Both the position numbers and the translations under genes were made by a program. The notes below the pieces were generated by a model that did not search any database, was not told the origin of the DNA, and saw only the letters and a program-made list of their open reading frames with translations. A stretch of 64,000 nucleotides of DNA, from the NCBI GenBank assembly GCA_964016885.1, contig OZ024741.1, positions 263,810,001 to 263,874,000 of the forward strand, written 5' to 3'. The stretch comes from Eledone cirrhosa. Its lineage: Eukaryota. Positions 25,408 through 39,288 of the stretch are shown here, piece by piece; positions within the stretch are counted from its first letter, which is position 1, and each line of letters starts with the position of its first letter.

Positions 25408-26945
25408 TCTACCAGATACTTCGTCTTAATCTCATTCATTCGCAGCCCCACACTCATCGACACAGTCTCCACCTCCTGCATCAAATCCTCTGGCTCCTTC
25501 ACTGTGTTTGTCACCAGAACTATGTCATCGGAAAATTCAGCATCCGATATCTTTTTCGCCTTAACTCTCCTGCTCTGAGCCGGTGCTACAGTAAAGCCAG
25601 AGTCCTGCTGTTTCTCCAGCGCAAGGCGCATACAATAGCCCACTGCGATGATAAAAAGGTAGGAAGCCAATGTATCTCCCTGAAGCACTCCAGCCAGTAT
25701 CTCAAAGAACTCTGTCATCCAATCAGGTGTAATGAGCTGGGCTTTGGTGTTGGTGTAGAGCAGTGATATCAGGTCCACTATCTTCTTGGGGATTCCATAA
25801 GCCTTTAAGATCTTCATCAGGCAGTGACGGTCCACAGAATCAAAGGCCTTTCTAAAGTCAATGAAAACCATGACCGCAGGAAGGCACTTTGCTCTAGCTC
25901 CCTCTAATATCATCCTCAGTATCAGGATGTGACTGGTGGTTGATCTTCCCTCTCTGAAGCCGTTCTGGTTGTCCCTGAGCTTCTTCTCCATCTCAGGCTG
26001 GATCCTGTTAAGAATCATCCTGTTGAGGGCCTTTGCCACAAGTGACGTCAGTGAGATCCCTGTAGTTATTGGTGTTAGAGAGATCTCCCTTCTTTGGCAC
26101 TGGGACGATGTTACTGATCCTCCACTGATTCGGAGCAACTCCTTTCTGCAGTCGCTGGCTACAGAACTCCAGGATGACATCATAAAAATCACACCTCTTC
26201 ATCACCTCTGATGCTACTCCATCTTCTCCATGAGCCTTGCCCTCCTTGATCTTCTTGGCTCTCTGAAGCTCCTTTCTGGTGAAGGATCCTGTCTCAATAT
26301 CCAGTTCCTCCAACAGCCGCCTGATCTTCCCAGTGTTCTGAGAAGATTACTAATGTAGGCGGGAAGCCGCTAGAATTGGTTGACGACTTCCTGTATTTGG
26401 GAGCAAAGATTGGGAATACGGAAGATGATGTGGTCGAGAGGAAGATCAAAGCCTGGGCGGCGTGCCACAGCTTGAAATCGGTGTAGAAGTCGGACCTTCG
26501 TAAAGACCTGAAGATCCGTCTCTTCGTTGCTGTAGTGGAGTCTGTGCTGCTGTACGGCTCTGACACTTGGACACTGACCAAGAAATTCACTCAGATGGTG
26601 GATGGGTGCTACACGAGAATGTTGAGGATGGCTCTGAACATTAATCAGTATACACTGAGGATGAAGAACTCAGAGCTGTATGGGAGCCTCCCAAAAGTCA
26701 GCTCGAAAGTGACACAGAAGAGACTGAGGTTAGCTGGACATGCTCACCGACATCCAGAGTTGACACTGCACTCAGTGCTCCTGTGGCATGGACACATTGG
26801 AAGAGGAAGACCGAGGTTAACGTATGTTGATGCCCTAAGGACAGACACTGGTCTGTTGGAGACGCAGGACATGGCAGCGATGATGAGGGACAGAGACTGC
26901 TGGGGAGGACTGGTCCGTGGATCTCGGGAATTTTACCCACCCTAG
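25404..26945. mobile_element. RTE LINE, 5'-truncated with 5' inversion (RT on - strand 25404-26330; C-terminus on + strand 26331-26945)
   Basis: RT motifs NQNGFREGRSTT, FIDFRKAFDSV, GVLQGDTL, FSDD, GLRMNEIKTK on the minus strand; the continuation LELVDDFLYLG…LLYGSDTWTLT…GRPRLTY…EFYPP* is on the plus strand. Confidence 0.9.
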
Positions 26946-27018
26946 ATACACACACACACATATAATTTAGAAAATATCATATATTTTCATTGGCTCTGTG
27001 AGTTGGCAGGTGAACAGT

Positions 27019-27068
27019 GAACTGCACTGATGAAGGGTAATACCCAGAAACATTAGTGTCTGCAGTTC
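27019..27068 (+). ncRNA. Type-I hammerhead ribozyme with intact core (GUC site)
   Basis: GAACTGCA-CTGATGA-AGGGTAATACCCA-GAAA-CATTAGTG-TC-TGCAGTTC. Perfect 8-bp stem I; predicted cut after 27060. Confidence 0.85.
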
Positions 27069-27305
27069 TGTTTACATACCAACACAAGAGCAAGAATGAG
27101 GGGCTCATTCTACTGACATGGCTTTAAAAAGAGGCTTGTTTGCATAATTGCAAACGAATCGAATATTATCATTAATATTCGAAAAACTCAGATTATACAC
27201 ACAACATATATATAAAGACATATATATATATATATACACATATATATAGTTTATATTTATTCATTACACATATATATATATACACACACACATACACACG
27301 CACAC

Positions 27306-27342
<37 letters not shown>

Positions 27343-27644
27343 TCCAAGATAACCAAGATATATTTACATAGGAATACAAGCGAAGTCATAAAGTCGTCAC
27401 CGAAGTAAACCTCTTGTTGAGTCACACTGCACCGTACGCTTAAACTGTCCATGATAAATAGTGTTCACAGACTGACTTTTATCGGATTACCTTTAACGAT
27501 TTATCGTTATCCTACATATATAAATATATATATATAAATGTAATCTGAGTTTCGAATATTAACAATAATATTCAATTCGTTTATTCGGATATTAACAATA
27601 ATATTCGACCCCGTCATTCTTTCTCTTTTATTGGCATGTAAACA

Positions 27645-27695
27645 GAACTGCAGACACTAATGTTTCTAGGTGATTACAATTCATCAGTGCAGTAT
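27645..27695 (-). ncRNA. Hammerhead copy with degraded stem II
   Basis: Minus: ACTGCA-CTGATGA-ATTGTAATCACCTA-GAAA-CATTAGTG-TC-TGCAGT. Confidence 0.6.
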
Positions 27696-27808
27696 ACTGC
27701 TTACCTGCCAATTTGATTAAGCGGTAAAACAAATAAAAAACGAACAAACAGAGAACCAAATAGAGTTGGCTTCAATGCCTACTTCAACAGCCAGCTGGAA
27801 TTAATTTA

Positions 27809-27865
<57 letters not shown>

Positions 27866-29158
27866 AAATGTAGATATTACGTCTACATTTCTGGACAAAA
27901 CATAAAGATAGAAAATAACCGACACACCTCGTTCGTTTACATCAAAGATACGAATGATTGTATATCTTTACACAGAGACTGCAAATGACAACAGATAAAA
28001 ACAATGCCAGTGATAACATCTTTAGTTAGAAGAACTTCTACAAGTGAAGTACTGTTTAAAGATATCTTCTTAAAATAAACAATGGCTATTACAAAAAAAA
28101 AAAAAGAATTAAGTGACCAAGCAGTAGAACAATGCCACGCATCAAATATATCCGACACCACAGACATGCATGTCGTAACTTCTGAGCGAGTTGCAGGGGC
28201 GCCGTATTGACATATGGCCTTACTAAGTCATATTTTAACCTGGCGAAACTCATCTCCTCTCCAGGTCTGAATACAGCAGATATCTTCCAGTGAAGGAAAG
28301 ACAGAGTGAGAGAAAGGTAGTGAGAAAGAGATATAGAGGAAGAATCGACCCCAGTACCAGACTGGTACTTTTTTTATCGACCCCGAAAGGATGAAAGGCA
28401 AAATTGACTTCGGTGGGATTTGAACTCTGAGAGCTGAGAACCGGAATGAATACCGCAAAACATTCTATCTGACGTTCTAACGACTCAATTCGTCGCCTAT
28501 ACCACACCTATAGAATTACACAAAGTTAAAGTCCATTATCCGAAGTAAATGCGTCATCAAAAAGCCACGCACATAAACACAAAATTCATTACACGAAACC
28601 AAAAACTTACACTAATAATATATTACAAAAATATTAAAATTAAACACCTTCTAGTTAATAACAAACCACAGACTAGTGTCCTTGGCCCTAGGAACACCTC
28701 CCTACTCCCTACCACCAGCACAGATTTGTCTACCCGCAGGTGTGAGCCTCGCGAGCAGGAATGGCCCTTTCCACACGCCTCCTCACCATCCCCCTGGGAA
28801 ACGTCTTCTCTATTCTGTCCGCTCATAAAAGTGAGAGATGAGGAGAGCGGGAAAGACGGCGACAGTGATTATAGCAACATTGCTGAAGTATTTTATTAAA
28901 ATTCCTTTCAAAGTGTCATTGAACACCCACATTTGTGATTACGTTCTAAGCTTGTAAAGAATCTATTAATGATCAATGTGATTTAAAAGACTCTTCTGGC
29001 TTCAAAGTGGTCACATACCATTGAACTATATTTTATCACGAACAGGCTGTAGAGAATCACATCTTCCCAGAAACTCTTTGGCACTATTTGTTCCTATGTA
29101 GAAAGTACCTGTCTGAGAGAGAGAGAGAGAGAAAAAAGAGTAAGAGAGAAAAAAGAGT

Positions 29159-29194
<36 letters not shown>

Positions 29195-29794
29195 ACGTCT
29201 CGAAGCTGATTATTAAGAAACTACCAAGATTGGAGATACAATATATTGTAAAGGATCTACCAACTATAAACAATATCTTGGAGTACACGGGGACATGGAG
29301 GTTAGGAAAAGATTCAACAGAACCTTCTAGCTGCTTTACAGTTTCCCTTCTTTTCCAATTTTTCTTTATTTTCTTTTTCTATGCTTCTTTTGTCTCCCAT
29401 TAGCCGTCCCTTTTCTCATCTCTCTGTTTAGCTTGTATTTAGTTTCTTAACTGTAGGGGATATTAGAAACCACCCCTAGTCTGCCAAAGCTTACTAGCTC
29501 TATACGGACGTTTAAATTGATTAAATAAATAAATAGATATAAATACGATTGCAAATGCGAAACTCTCCAATTGTTATATCAGCCATCGGCTCACCTATGG
29601 TCTTACAAGAAGGAGCAATACACAACACGACACATCCAAAACGAAAGCAGATAGGAACATATTGGTGAAGAATACGTCTATACTCTACAGAAGTCCGCAA
29701 CCGTAGAACATACACTAATGTATAGGTAAATATAGAATACAGTTGTGTTTTCAATATAACACCTACACACATCAATCTCAGACTTCCTAGTTGT

Positions 29795-31090
29795 ATTTTG
29801 TACTTCCTGTCAGTGTATCTATCCGTCATCTACTACCGCTTGAACGTCGTGCCTTGTCCCCGTGAATACCTCACCAAAATGGAACGCATGCGCTTCCAGT
29901 TCCTTTGGAAGAAGCAGGCTCCACTGGTGAGGATATCCGTCTGCTGTCAGCACCCTTCCAACGGAGGGCTGGGAATGCCGTGGCTGATGATGCGCAAGCA
30001 TGCGCTGAGGCTACGGCATCTACAGGTATTTCTCACAAACCGGTGTGGGCACCGTTTGTGAGACAGGCCTTCCCGCAACTTGTCTCGCTGACGAAGCTGC
30101 AGTCCTGGGTCAAGCGGAGACCGAAGAAGATGGGCGCCTGGCACATTGAATGCGCTCAGGCGCTCACAGTCCTCTGTCAAGCGGGCACGGCAATCAGTGG
30201 AGACTCCACTTCGACATTCTATAGAGGGTTAGTACGTCACAAGGGCGACGACGTGCTTGGAGAGACTCTAGGCGTCGAAGACGACGAACTCACGAGTCTG
30301 TTTGGTAGGACTTTCCGCCCGGGACCTATGGACAACTTCCAGAGGTCCCTGTCCTGGCAGTGCTACCGAAGAGCTCTACCAGTTCGTGATAAGATCTACA
30401 GGCACGGACGCCCCGGCAGGGATCCTACCAAGAGGACGTTGTCCAAGATGCGGGCAGGACATTGAAACCGTCCTGCACGCAATTGTACACTGCCCGGGCG
30501 TAACCGACATGTGGAACTACGCGGAACAACTGCTGTCGCGTATGGGACACATCCAGTTGACTGCCGAGTCCATAGTAAGGATCAAACTGCCAACTTCTTT
30601 CAAAAACGAAAGAGAGGCGGTTTTCCTCTGTATAGTGGCTATGGTGAAAGAGGTTATATGGTGGACGAGATTGAGAGGACCGAGGACAGATGCCTTTCTC
30701 TCCGGACAACAACTCATTCCCTTCTTTAGATACCACTTTAGAAGGAGAATCAGAGTGGAGAGAGAGGCACTGCACCCAAGTAAATTTACTTAAAGGTGGG
30801 TGAATGTGGCAAAAATGGCCCGAGTGATTGGGCCTTCTCTGTTTATAAGCCTGTAGGTTGAAGAAGAGAGCAAAAGGAAGAAAGAAGCACTTACACAACA
30901 CGCTCCTGAAGTTGAGGGTTGTTCTATCGACGGGGTATTAAACAACCCATTTGTAACGCCTCCCTCTATTGGGGATTTTGATTGTTATAATTGTTTGTTT
31001 TATATTTTTTTACACGATTGTATGTAAAATCCTCGGCATGTCTTTGTTTTGTCCCCTTTTCTTGTGCGCCCTTGTGGCAAATAAAGAAAT
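29795..31090 (+). mobile_element. L1/Tx1-clade LINE 3' fragment (frameshifted ORF2 C-terminus plus 3' UTR)
   Basis: FQFLWKK…HPSNGGLGMP, ALPVRDKIYRHG and a zf-RVT-like CPRCGQDIETVLHAIVHC; ends near AATAAA at about 31079. Confidence 0.8.
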
Positions 31091-31290
31091 CTATCTATTA
31101 GTTTCCTCTCGTTTCTCTCAAATCCCGCCGAGGTTGACTTTGCCTTTCATCCTTACGAGGTCGATAAAATAAAGTACCAGTAATGTACTGGGATAATTTG
31201 CTGGCCTTGTGCCTAAAGTAGAAACAATTATAATTCAACAAATCTTTGTCACTTTTTCAAATATTTGTTTCACGATGAAATGTTCAATCA

Positions 31291-31390
<100 letters not shown>

Positions 31391-31416
31391 TCTCTCTCTC
31401 TCTCTCCCTCTCTCTC

Positions 31417-31447
<31 letters not shown>

Positions 31448-31754
31448 ATTTCTTTCTCAGACGTTGCGACTGTTTTATCACGAAGCTTTCGTCAATGGAA
31501 GCTGGTCGTAAAATTCCTTTCAGGAATATAAAATCGAATTAATATTTCCCTCTCAGTGTAAAAATTCACAAACACTCCATCATCTGGAAAGCATCACTTC
31601 ACTAGTCATGGTTAGAATTTTCAATTAAATTGTTAATGTGATTCTATTGTTCTTATTCAGTAATAGAAAACGTGTTGGATAGGATTCTCCCCTCTCTCTA
31701 TATATATGTATGTATATATCTCTGTGTGTGTGTATGTATATATGTATATATAAG

Positions 31755-31807
<53 letters not shown>

Positions 31808-31859
31808 ACACATACATACAATCATATATACACATATACATGCAAACACACACTCACGC

Positions 31860-31912
<53 letters not shown>

Positions 31913-31925
31913 AAACTACTTTGCA

Positions 31926-31997
<72 letters not shown>

Positions 31998-32225
31998 CTG
32001 TCTGTCTGTCTGTCTATGTATTTATGTGTGTATATATATATGTGTGTGTGTGTATGTATGGGTGTATATATATATACACATACGATATCCGCTGAAACAG
32101 TATCCTACATTTTTCCCCGGTGGGAAGTAATGGCGTCAAGGAAATAAAGAGTGGAGTCGCATACATTGATGTACACCTGCTTATGCATTGATATGGCAGG
32201 AGAAAAGGTGAGTCTGTTCTTGATC

Positions 32226-32440
32226 AAACAGGTAAGGAGTGGAGTGGTTATACACACCTGACAGGTAAGGAGTGGAGTGGTTATACACACCTGACAGGTA
32301 AGATGTAGTTATACACACCTGACAGGTAAGATGTAGTTATACACACCTGACAGGTAAGATGTAGTTATACACACCTGACAGGTAAGGAGTGTTGTGGTTA
32401 TATACACCTGACAGGTAAGATGTAGTTATACACACCTGAC
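32226..32440 (+). repeat. 28-31-bp minisatellite ACACCTGACAGGTAAG(ATGTA/GAGTGGAGTG)GTTATAC
   Basis: About seven tandem units. Confidence 0.9.
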
Positions 32441-32569
32441 ACACCCATTCGGGGTCACTCACAAACAACCCCGACCCTCGATACCTCCGGTGCTTCACAT
32501 ATAGAAATCCCAGAACGAATTTTCTAGAATGTACTGCACACACAAATATTAAAAGCTCGTTGTTGCTTC

Positions 32570-32735
32570 CTAGATCTTACTGTTGCTATTCACACGGATA
32601 TCCTAGATATTGGTGGTGCTATACACACGGACATCCTAGATCTTGCTGCTGCTATATACACGGACATCTTAGATATTGGTGGTGCTATACGCACAGATAG
32701 CCTAGATATTGGTGGTGCTATACACACGGACATCC
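32570..32735 (+). repeat. 33-bp minisatellite CTAGATATTGGTGGTGCTATACACACGGACATC
   Basis: About five units. Confidence 0.85.
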
Positions 32736-32744
32736 TATATATAT

Positions 32745-33552
32745 ATAAACAAACATAAATTATCGAGATTCGCATTTCGGCCCACGAAATAACGAAAAAC
32801 AACCTCCGAGATGTGCGGCAAGTGCTCAATGATTCAGATGAACCAGAGCTATAACAAACGTTAAAGGCCAAACACACTGAGACGATGGTTAAACAATCAT
32901 TCGCATAGCCAAAAAAACGATCAAGTAATTCGGGTATTGAAAATTTACCCGGACCCCTGGAAGGTTGGTAAAATCCAGTATTTGGGTTTCTGCCGCTCCT
33001 AAATCAAGTACCGTCCGCTTACATAAATAATGTCAGGCTTCTGGTAAGATGATTGAACAAGGAAGCCACTTTCTCAACAAGTTTTAGTTCAATGTTAATA
33101 CAAGGACTGACTATTGCTGACTCCACGTGGGGATCGGCAAGGGAGGCAGCCCCTATATCAGGCGAATAAATTCAGTTGTGTATATTTTTGAAAGAATGCA
33201 AAAACATCACAAATCGAATAGAGTTCTCAACAGAAGGGTTAAAATTAACATAAGCTATTCATCACTCAATAGAATCAACTAAAAAATCAAGAAAATTAAC
33301 TGGTCAATAGCTAGAGTCTGGAGATAAATACAAACATAAATTATCGAGATTCGCATTTCGGCCCACGAAATAACGAAAAACAACCTCCGAGATGTGTGGC
33401 AAGTGCTCAATGATTCAGATGAACCAGAGCTATAACAAACGTTAAAGACCAAACACGCTGAGACGATGGTTAAACAATCATTCGCATAGCCAAAAAAACG
33501 ATCAAGTAATTCGGGTATTGAAAATTTACCCGGAAGGTTGGTAAAATCCAGT
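32745..33552 (+). repeat. ~230-bp direct duplication (32745-32979 and 33330-33552)
   Basis: Near-identical blocks; one 8-nt indel near the right end. Confidence 0.9.
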
Positions 33553-33556
33553 GTCG

Positions 33557-33742
33557 AATTGTTTCTACGTCTGGCACAAGGCCAGCAATTATCCCAGTAC
33601 ATTACTGGTACTTTATTTTATCGACCCCGTAAGGATGAAAGCCAAAGTTAACCTCGGCGGGATTTGAACTCAGAATGGCAAGGGCCGTAACTCTATGCGT
33701 CAAAGCATGGCGTCCGACCCTCTACCGATACTGCCAATCCAA
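33557..33742 (-). mobile_element. SINE family A (full copy)
   Basis: Reverse complement of the 14904 type. Confidence 0.85.
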
Positions 33743-33864
33743 CACCCTATTTTTTTTTCTCGATAATAATGATATTCGATTCGTTTGCAAACAAACAACC
33801 CGACCAAGCTATGCTGTGCCTTGATGGCTGTTGCCATCCGTTTGTTCAACAGTAGCACCAAGGA

Positions 33865-33907
33865 ACAATCAACATGTTTCTGGGTCATTACCCTTCATCA
33901 GGACTCT
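33865..33907 (-). ncRNA. Minimal hammerhead motif
   Basis: Minus: AGAGTC-CTGATGA-AGGGTAATGACCCA-GAAA-CATG-TT-GATTGT. Palindromic stem III ACATGT. Confidence 0.6.
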
Positions 33908-34773
33908 ATACCTTTATGCTACTCGATTGAACAGTTAAAAATATATAGTATTTTCTAAAGTATACATTGGTTGATTAGCCTCATTTGCATACCAAGCAAT
34001 TTTACGGTATGTATATATGTTATCTCTTTCTCTTAATTTCAAGTATATTTTTTTGACCGGCCACCTTCCTGGTGACAAGGTTGTAAAAGAAAAGAAATTG
34101 TTATCCCTTGAATCGCAAGAATGTTTTGCAAATTTTGAAGGTGCCAGCTATCGCAGCCATTTGTAGACTATGAATTAGGGAGCTGCGCTCTTTGTCCGTA
34201 TGTATGTATGTATGTATGTATGTATGTATGTATGTATGTATGTATGTATGTATGTATGTATGTATGTTTTCTGGTTTTATAATTTTCTCAAATCTTTACC
34301 AATAGAGAGAGAGTCGGTTTCTAACATAGACACAAGACTCTCTCATTGGAATTTACACAACATCAACTAGGTAGATTATGTATGCATGCGTGTGTGTGTG
34401 CAAGTATGGATGTTAATGTATCTGTGGATGTGTATGTTTTGAGTTATATGTGTGCATGTGTATATGCTTTGTATCTGTACATGTGTATATGCAGTTATTA
34501 GATGCAGAATTTTTGGAATGTTTTACATATTTTTACTGTTCCATTAATGGATTCTACTTGTCATTTCCTAACTAGTTGTGTTCTTTCTGTTCCTGTGAAG
34601 CCTAGCTTCTCAAGATTTGTATTGAGGCAGTTACTAACATATCCCAGTGCCCCAATAATCACAGGCATAAATCTGAAGGTGTAATCAGGGTGGAGTATCT
34701 GCTGATTTCTCATTAGTTCTGCATAGATATTCTCCTATGTATGTATATGTGTGTGTGTGTATATATATATATA

Positions 34774-37700
34774 TCTTCTAATATATAAAGTGAAGTTGGG
34801 CGTTGTTTGTTTGTTTGGTGTCCCGAACTTGCAGGCTACACCGTTCATCCGATTTTTATGAAACTTGACACATATATAAAACTCAACCCGTAGATTGGAA
34901 TAGGCTACTTGAAATTTTCGATAATCAGACCCCCAGAGGCAAAAATCGATATTTTCAGAATTCGTCCGATTTCAATGAAATTTGATATTACCACAATAAT
35001 AGATCCATTAGGAGTTACTCCAAGGCTGCAAAAATTCAGAAAGTTTTTTTAAACTCATAAATCATGCGTTAAATGAGACCTTTAAGAGTTAGGGCAGACA
35101 ATTATTCATAGTTTAATTATCAATGGCGCAATATCTTCTACCCTGGGGCCAATTCTCCATGCAGAGCCTTAAAGCATCCCTTCGCACACGCCGTTATCTA
35201 TCAGCTTCATTGATCATCACCATCCGGCAACCGAAAAACGCCATTCTTCTTGCTTCCATTTGTCACGACTCCCACCATGCAAAAAACGTTCAATCTATCA
35301 GGATTATCTACCGTAAGTCTCTTTAAATTAACGCTCACCATATTCAGCAAACCTTTTATGCCGATTCTTCCATTTCTTATATAAGGACTATCAAGACTAT
35401 ACCGCCGCGTATCATCCTGTATTGAGCCCAGTCTTCTCAAGCGATCATCGAGCCTCCATGCGCTCTCTTCATTCCCGTGGTCCCACTACCGTAGCATAAT
35501 GAGGCATCCGTCAACCCCTGCCCTCTCCTTCCCTGCACGCCGTCCACCCACTGCATCGTTGTGCATCACCATGCGCATCTCTGCCCTACAGCTGCAATTC
35601 ATTCCCTGGCCCTTTCCATTGCCTGCCCTCCGTGGTCCCTAAGGACTGCCACGGCTCAACATGCCGAATCCCTGCCACCGTCCACCCCTGCCCATTTCCA
35701 TTGCCTACACTCCGTGAGAGCTCAATACTTCCATGCCTAACCAAGCCGCATCCCTGCCACCATCAAGTCCTGCCCTCTCCCTTCCCTGCACGCCGTCGTC
35801 CCACTGCATCGTCATGCCTCACCATGCCGCATCCATGCTCTGTTAGCCGCCATCCCCTCCTCAGCCCTTTATTTTGCCTGCCCGCCGTGCTCCTTCAAGA
35901 CTGCCATGCCTTACCAAGCCGCATCCCTGCCACCATCAACTCCTGCCCTCACCATTGCCCGCACGCCTTGGTCCCTCACGACTGCCATGGCTCACCATGC
36001 GGCATTCCTGCCCTGTCAGCAACTTGCTCAAATGTCATCAGCATGGTTTATTCCTGCGCCGCACATAACCGCCCATTATCACAGACCAAAGACAGCACCG
36101 AACATGAAGACGATCCTGTGTAAGTCTTTTTACATTCATTTGACCATATTTAACAAAATTAAACAAAAATTCATCCCTTTCTCCCCCAAAGCCTACCGAT
36201 CATGTATGGCCGATAAACACCCTGCCTTACACCCGGTTTTCTCAAACAATCATCGTGCCTCCCGGTGCTCTCTACATTCCCGAGGTGCAACTCAATTGGC
36301 ATGCCGCATCCACGCTCTGTCAGCCGCCATGCACCCTGCCCTTTCGTCATGCCTCATCATGTTGCATCCCTGCCCTGTCAGCCGCCATCCACTCCCCGAC
36401 CCTTTCCACTGCCTAGGCATGGAGTCTTGAGGGACCAAGTCGCATCCCTGCCACCGTCAACCCCTGCCCTCTCCGTTCCCTGCTCGCCGTCGTCCCACTG
36501 CATCGTCATGCATCACCATGCCGCATCAATGCTCTCTCAGCCGCCATCCCCTCCTCGGCCCTTTCTTTTGCCTGCCCGCAGTGCTCCTTCAAGACTGCCA
36601 TGGCTCACCATGCGGCATCCTTGCCACTGTCCACCCCTGCCCTCTTCCTTGCCTGCTGGCCGTCGTCCCACTGCAGCGTCATGCCTCAGGATCCCGCATC
36701 CATGCACTGTCAGCCATCATCCCCTCCTCGGCCCTTTCATTTGCCTGACCGCCGTGCTCCTTCAAGACTCCCATGGCTATCTATGCCGCATCAATTCTTT
36801 GCCATCCGCTTAAACGTCATCAGCATGGCTTATTGTTGCCCCATTTGACCACCGATTTTCGCAGGCTAAACACAATACCAACGTGCACGATAGTCCATGG
36901 TAAATCTTTTTAATTACATGTTCATCACGCTAAGCAAAGGATGAATAGCAACTCTTTCATTTCTCCTGACATGCCTTTCTGTCAATTATGGCCGAAAAGC
37001 ATCCTGTGTAGCATCGCGTCTTCTCAAGCGATCAGCGTGCCTTCCACTGTCCTCACAATTGACTCACAACGCCGCATCTATTCCCTGCGACGCCCCTAAA
37101 CATCATCAACATGGCTTATTTTTCTGCCGCGTTTAACCGGCCCTCATTCTAGGCCATAAACAACAAAACCGCATGATGATGCTGCGTAAGTCTATTTAAA
37201 TTAATGGTCAACATGTTCAGCAAAACAATTGTACCAATTCTTCCTCTTCACCTCCAAGGCCTATCCCTTACATCTTAGAGGTCGGGATTCGCAATTTCTA
37301 CGATTTCAATATTGACACAACAGTCCGTCAGGTTTTTCGGCACATGTTGCTCCGATAGGAATATCAACGTGATTTTCACTTAATTCGTAAGTGTTCAGTC
37401 TTCCGCATGCTTTTATTTTTTATTGATACAACACCGACTACAATCATCTAACTTCACTTTGTAGGCTAGACGTGAATCACAAGCAAAACAATCCTCTGAT
37501 ATACAACCCCACCAAATTCTTTGGTCTACCTAGATTTCAATGGCTATATCCTTTGCTTTTGTACGGTTGTACATTTGACAATGTCGCAAAACATTATTCC
37601 ACTTGATTCTTACCTTTCAGCTATGAATTGGGCAGTGCCTTAAAATCCCGGTTTATTTGCGTGCAATTTTTTGGTATCTTATGAATGGAGAATCGAAAAT

Positions 37701-38563
37701 CCTTTTTCTCATAACCTGATACATGCGTTACACATGCTCCATGGACTATTTTTTCAAAATACCAATATCACAGATTGGAGCACAAAAAGAAACGTTTGTT
37801 CTTCATTTATTTCGGTTAAAGCACCCTGCTGGAATTTAGCGCAGACCCGTTTAAATCCAGCGCCTTATAACCCCGAGTGTAACCGGGTATACCAGCTAGA
37901 AAGACAAATGGAAACATTGTTTCCTCGGTCCGATTTAGTTCCACAACAAATTAACAAACCATACTTGAAGACACGTTGAGGCTGTTGCAAAGGGCAATAA
38001 CCCTACACACAATTTTGATCAACTTTTTTTTCATCTATAGCAAATTTACCGGGACAGGTTTTTAGCTACTCAAATCTACTTCAGAGGTCATGCATTGATG
38101 TAAAAAATCAATAAAACTGAAGCGGGGGTTCGACTTTGCGCAAAAAACAAGGCAAAGTTGCACATGGGAAAACTTTTTACAGGAACGTCCGATTTTCTTG
38201 AAAACTGTCGCAAAAGACTCGCCATTATGCCGCGGTTCAGATAACGTCTCTTTTATTTCTTCTTCTGCACATGTAAGCACGAAAATTGTAAAAAAAACCT
38301 GCTTTAAAAATCAACTGAGAATTCAATTTCAAGTGAATTTGACTTCCGCCAGTCGTGCAAAGAACAATTTCAACGATACATTGTGAACCTACAATGATCC
38401 ATTATTTATGCTCAATTACACACCTGCGTCTACTAACCTCTTTTTTTTTTCCTTGAGGTTCGAAGGTTTTTGCACCTGTGATGTGCGGGAAGTAACTTTC
38501 ACACATTTTAACAACAGGGCAAAGGTCGACTTACACCCGGGCAACGCCGGGTACTTCTGCTAG
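34774..38563 (+). mobile_element. Non-autonomous Helitron (3.8 kb)
   Basis: A|TC start (TCTTCTAATATATAAAGTGAAG…GTTTGTTTGTTTG…CCGATTTTTATGAAACTTG), 3' hairpin ACCCGG-GCAACG-CCGGGT followed by CTAG|T; inserted in (TA)n; no RepHel ORF. Confidence 0.8.
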
Positions 38564-39207
38564 TATATATATAAATTCAACCAGTACACCCATTACACCC
38601 ATTACACCCAGTACACCTTGTGAGGTGTTGGTTAGAGGACCTATAGAAACCATACTAAAAAGGGTTGAGAGGTCTATTCAGTTGTGTGAGGGACAGACCA
38701 GCCTCTCTTGTGTTAATGGCACGATAAAATGCGCCCAGTACACTCTGTAAAATTGGTTGGTGACAGAAAGGGGCATCCAGCTGTAGAAAACATGCCAAAC
38801 AAACGACTGGGGGGGGGGGTCTCTTCATTTATGAGAAGGAGATAACAACCTCTCTAGTGCTGGTGGCATGATAAAATGCACCCAGTACACTCTGTAGTGT
38901 ATGGGAACGTATGTAGACGAGATAAGGTCCCATGTTGTCCGAGAGATCAATAACTTTGATTAATTACTGATTTGATTTGTGATGACACATCCAATCATTG
39001 CTAGCAAGGGAAACGGACGTTACATGTTGATGATGATGATGATGATGATGGCATAAATACAGTGTGTCACCGACCACTCTCCAAGCTGTATCACTATTAC
39101 AACACTACCACCACCACCACCACCACCACCGCCGCCGCCGCCACCACCACCACTACAACCACGTCAACAACCAATACCTTCACAACTTCGACGTCGACGA
39201 CCATCCC

Positions 39208-39288
<81 letters not shown>

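Noticed and set aside
35632-36848. Overlapping Pro/Cys/His-rich ORFs
   Set aside because: They arise from C-rich sub-repeats within the Helitron; no consistent frame or domain.
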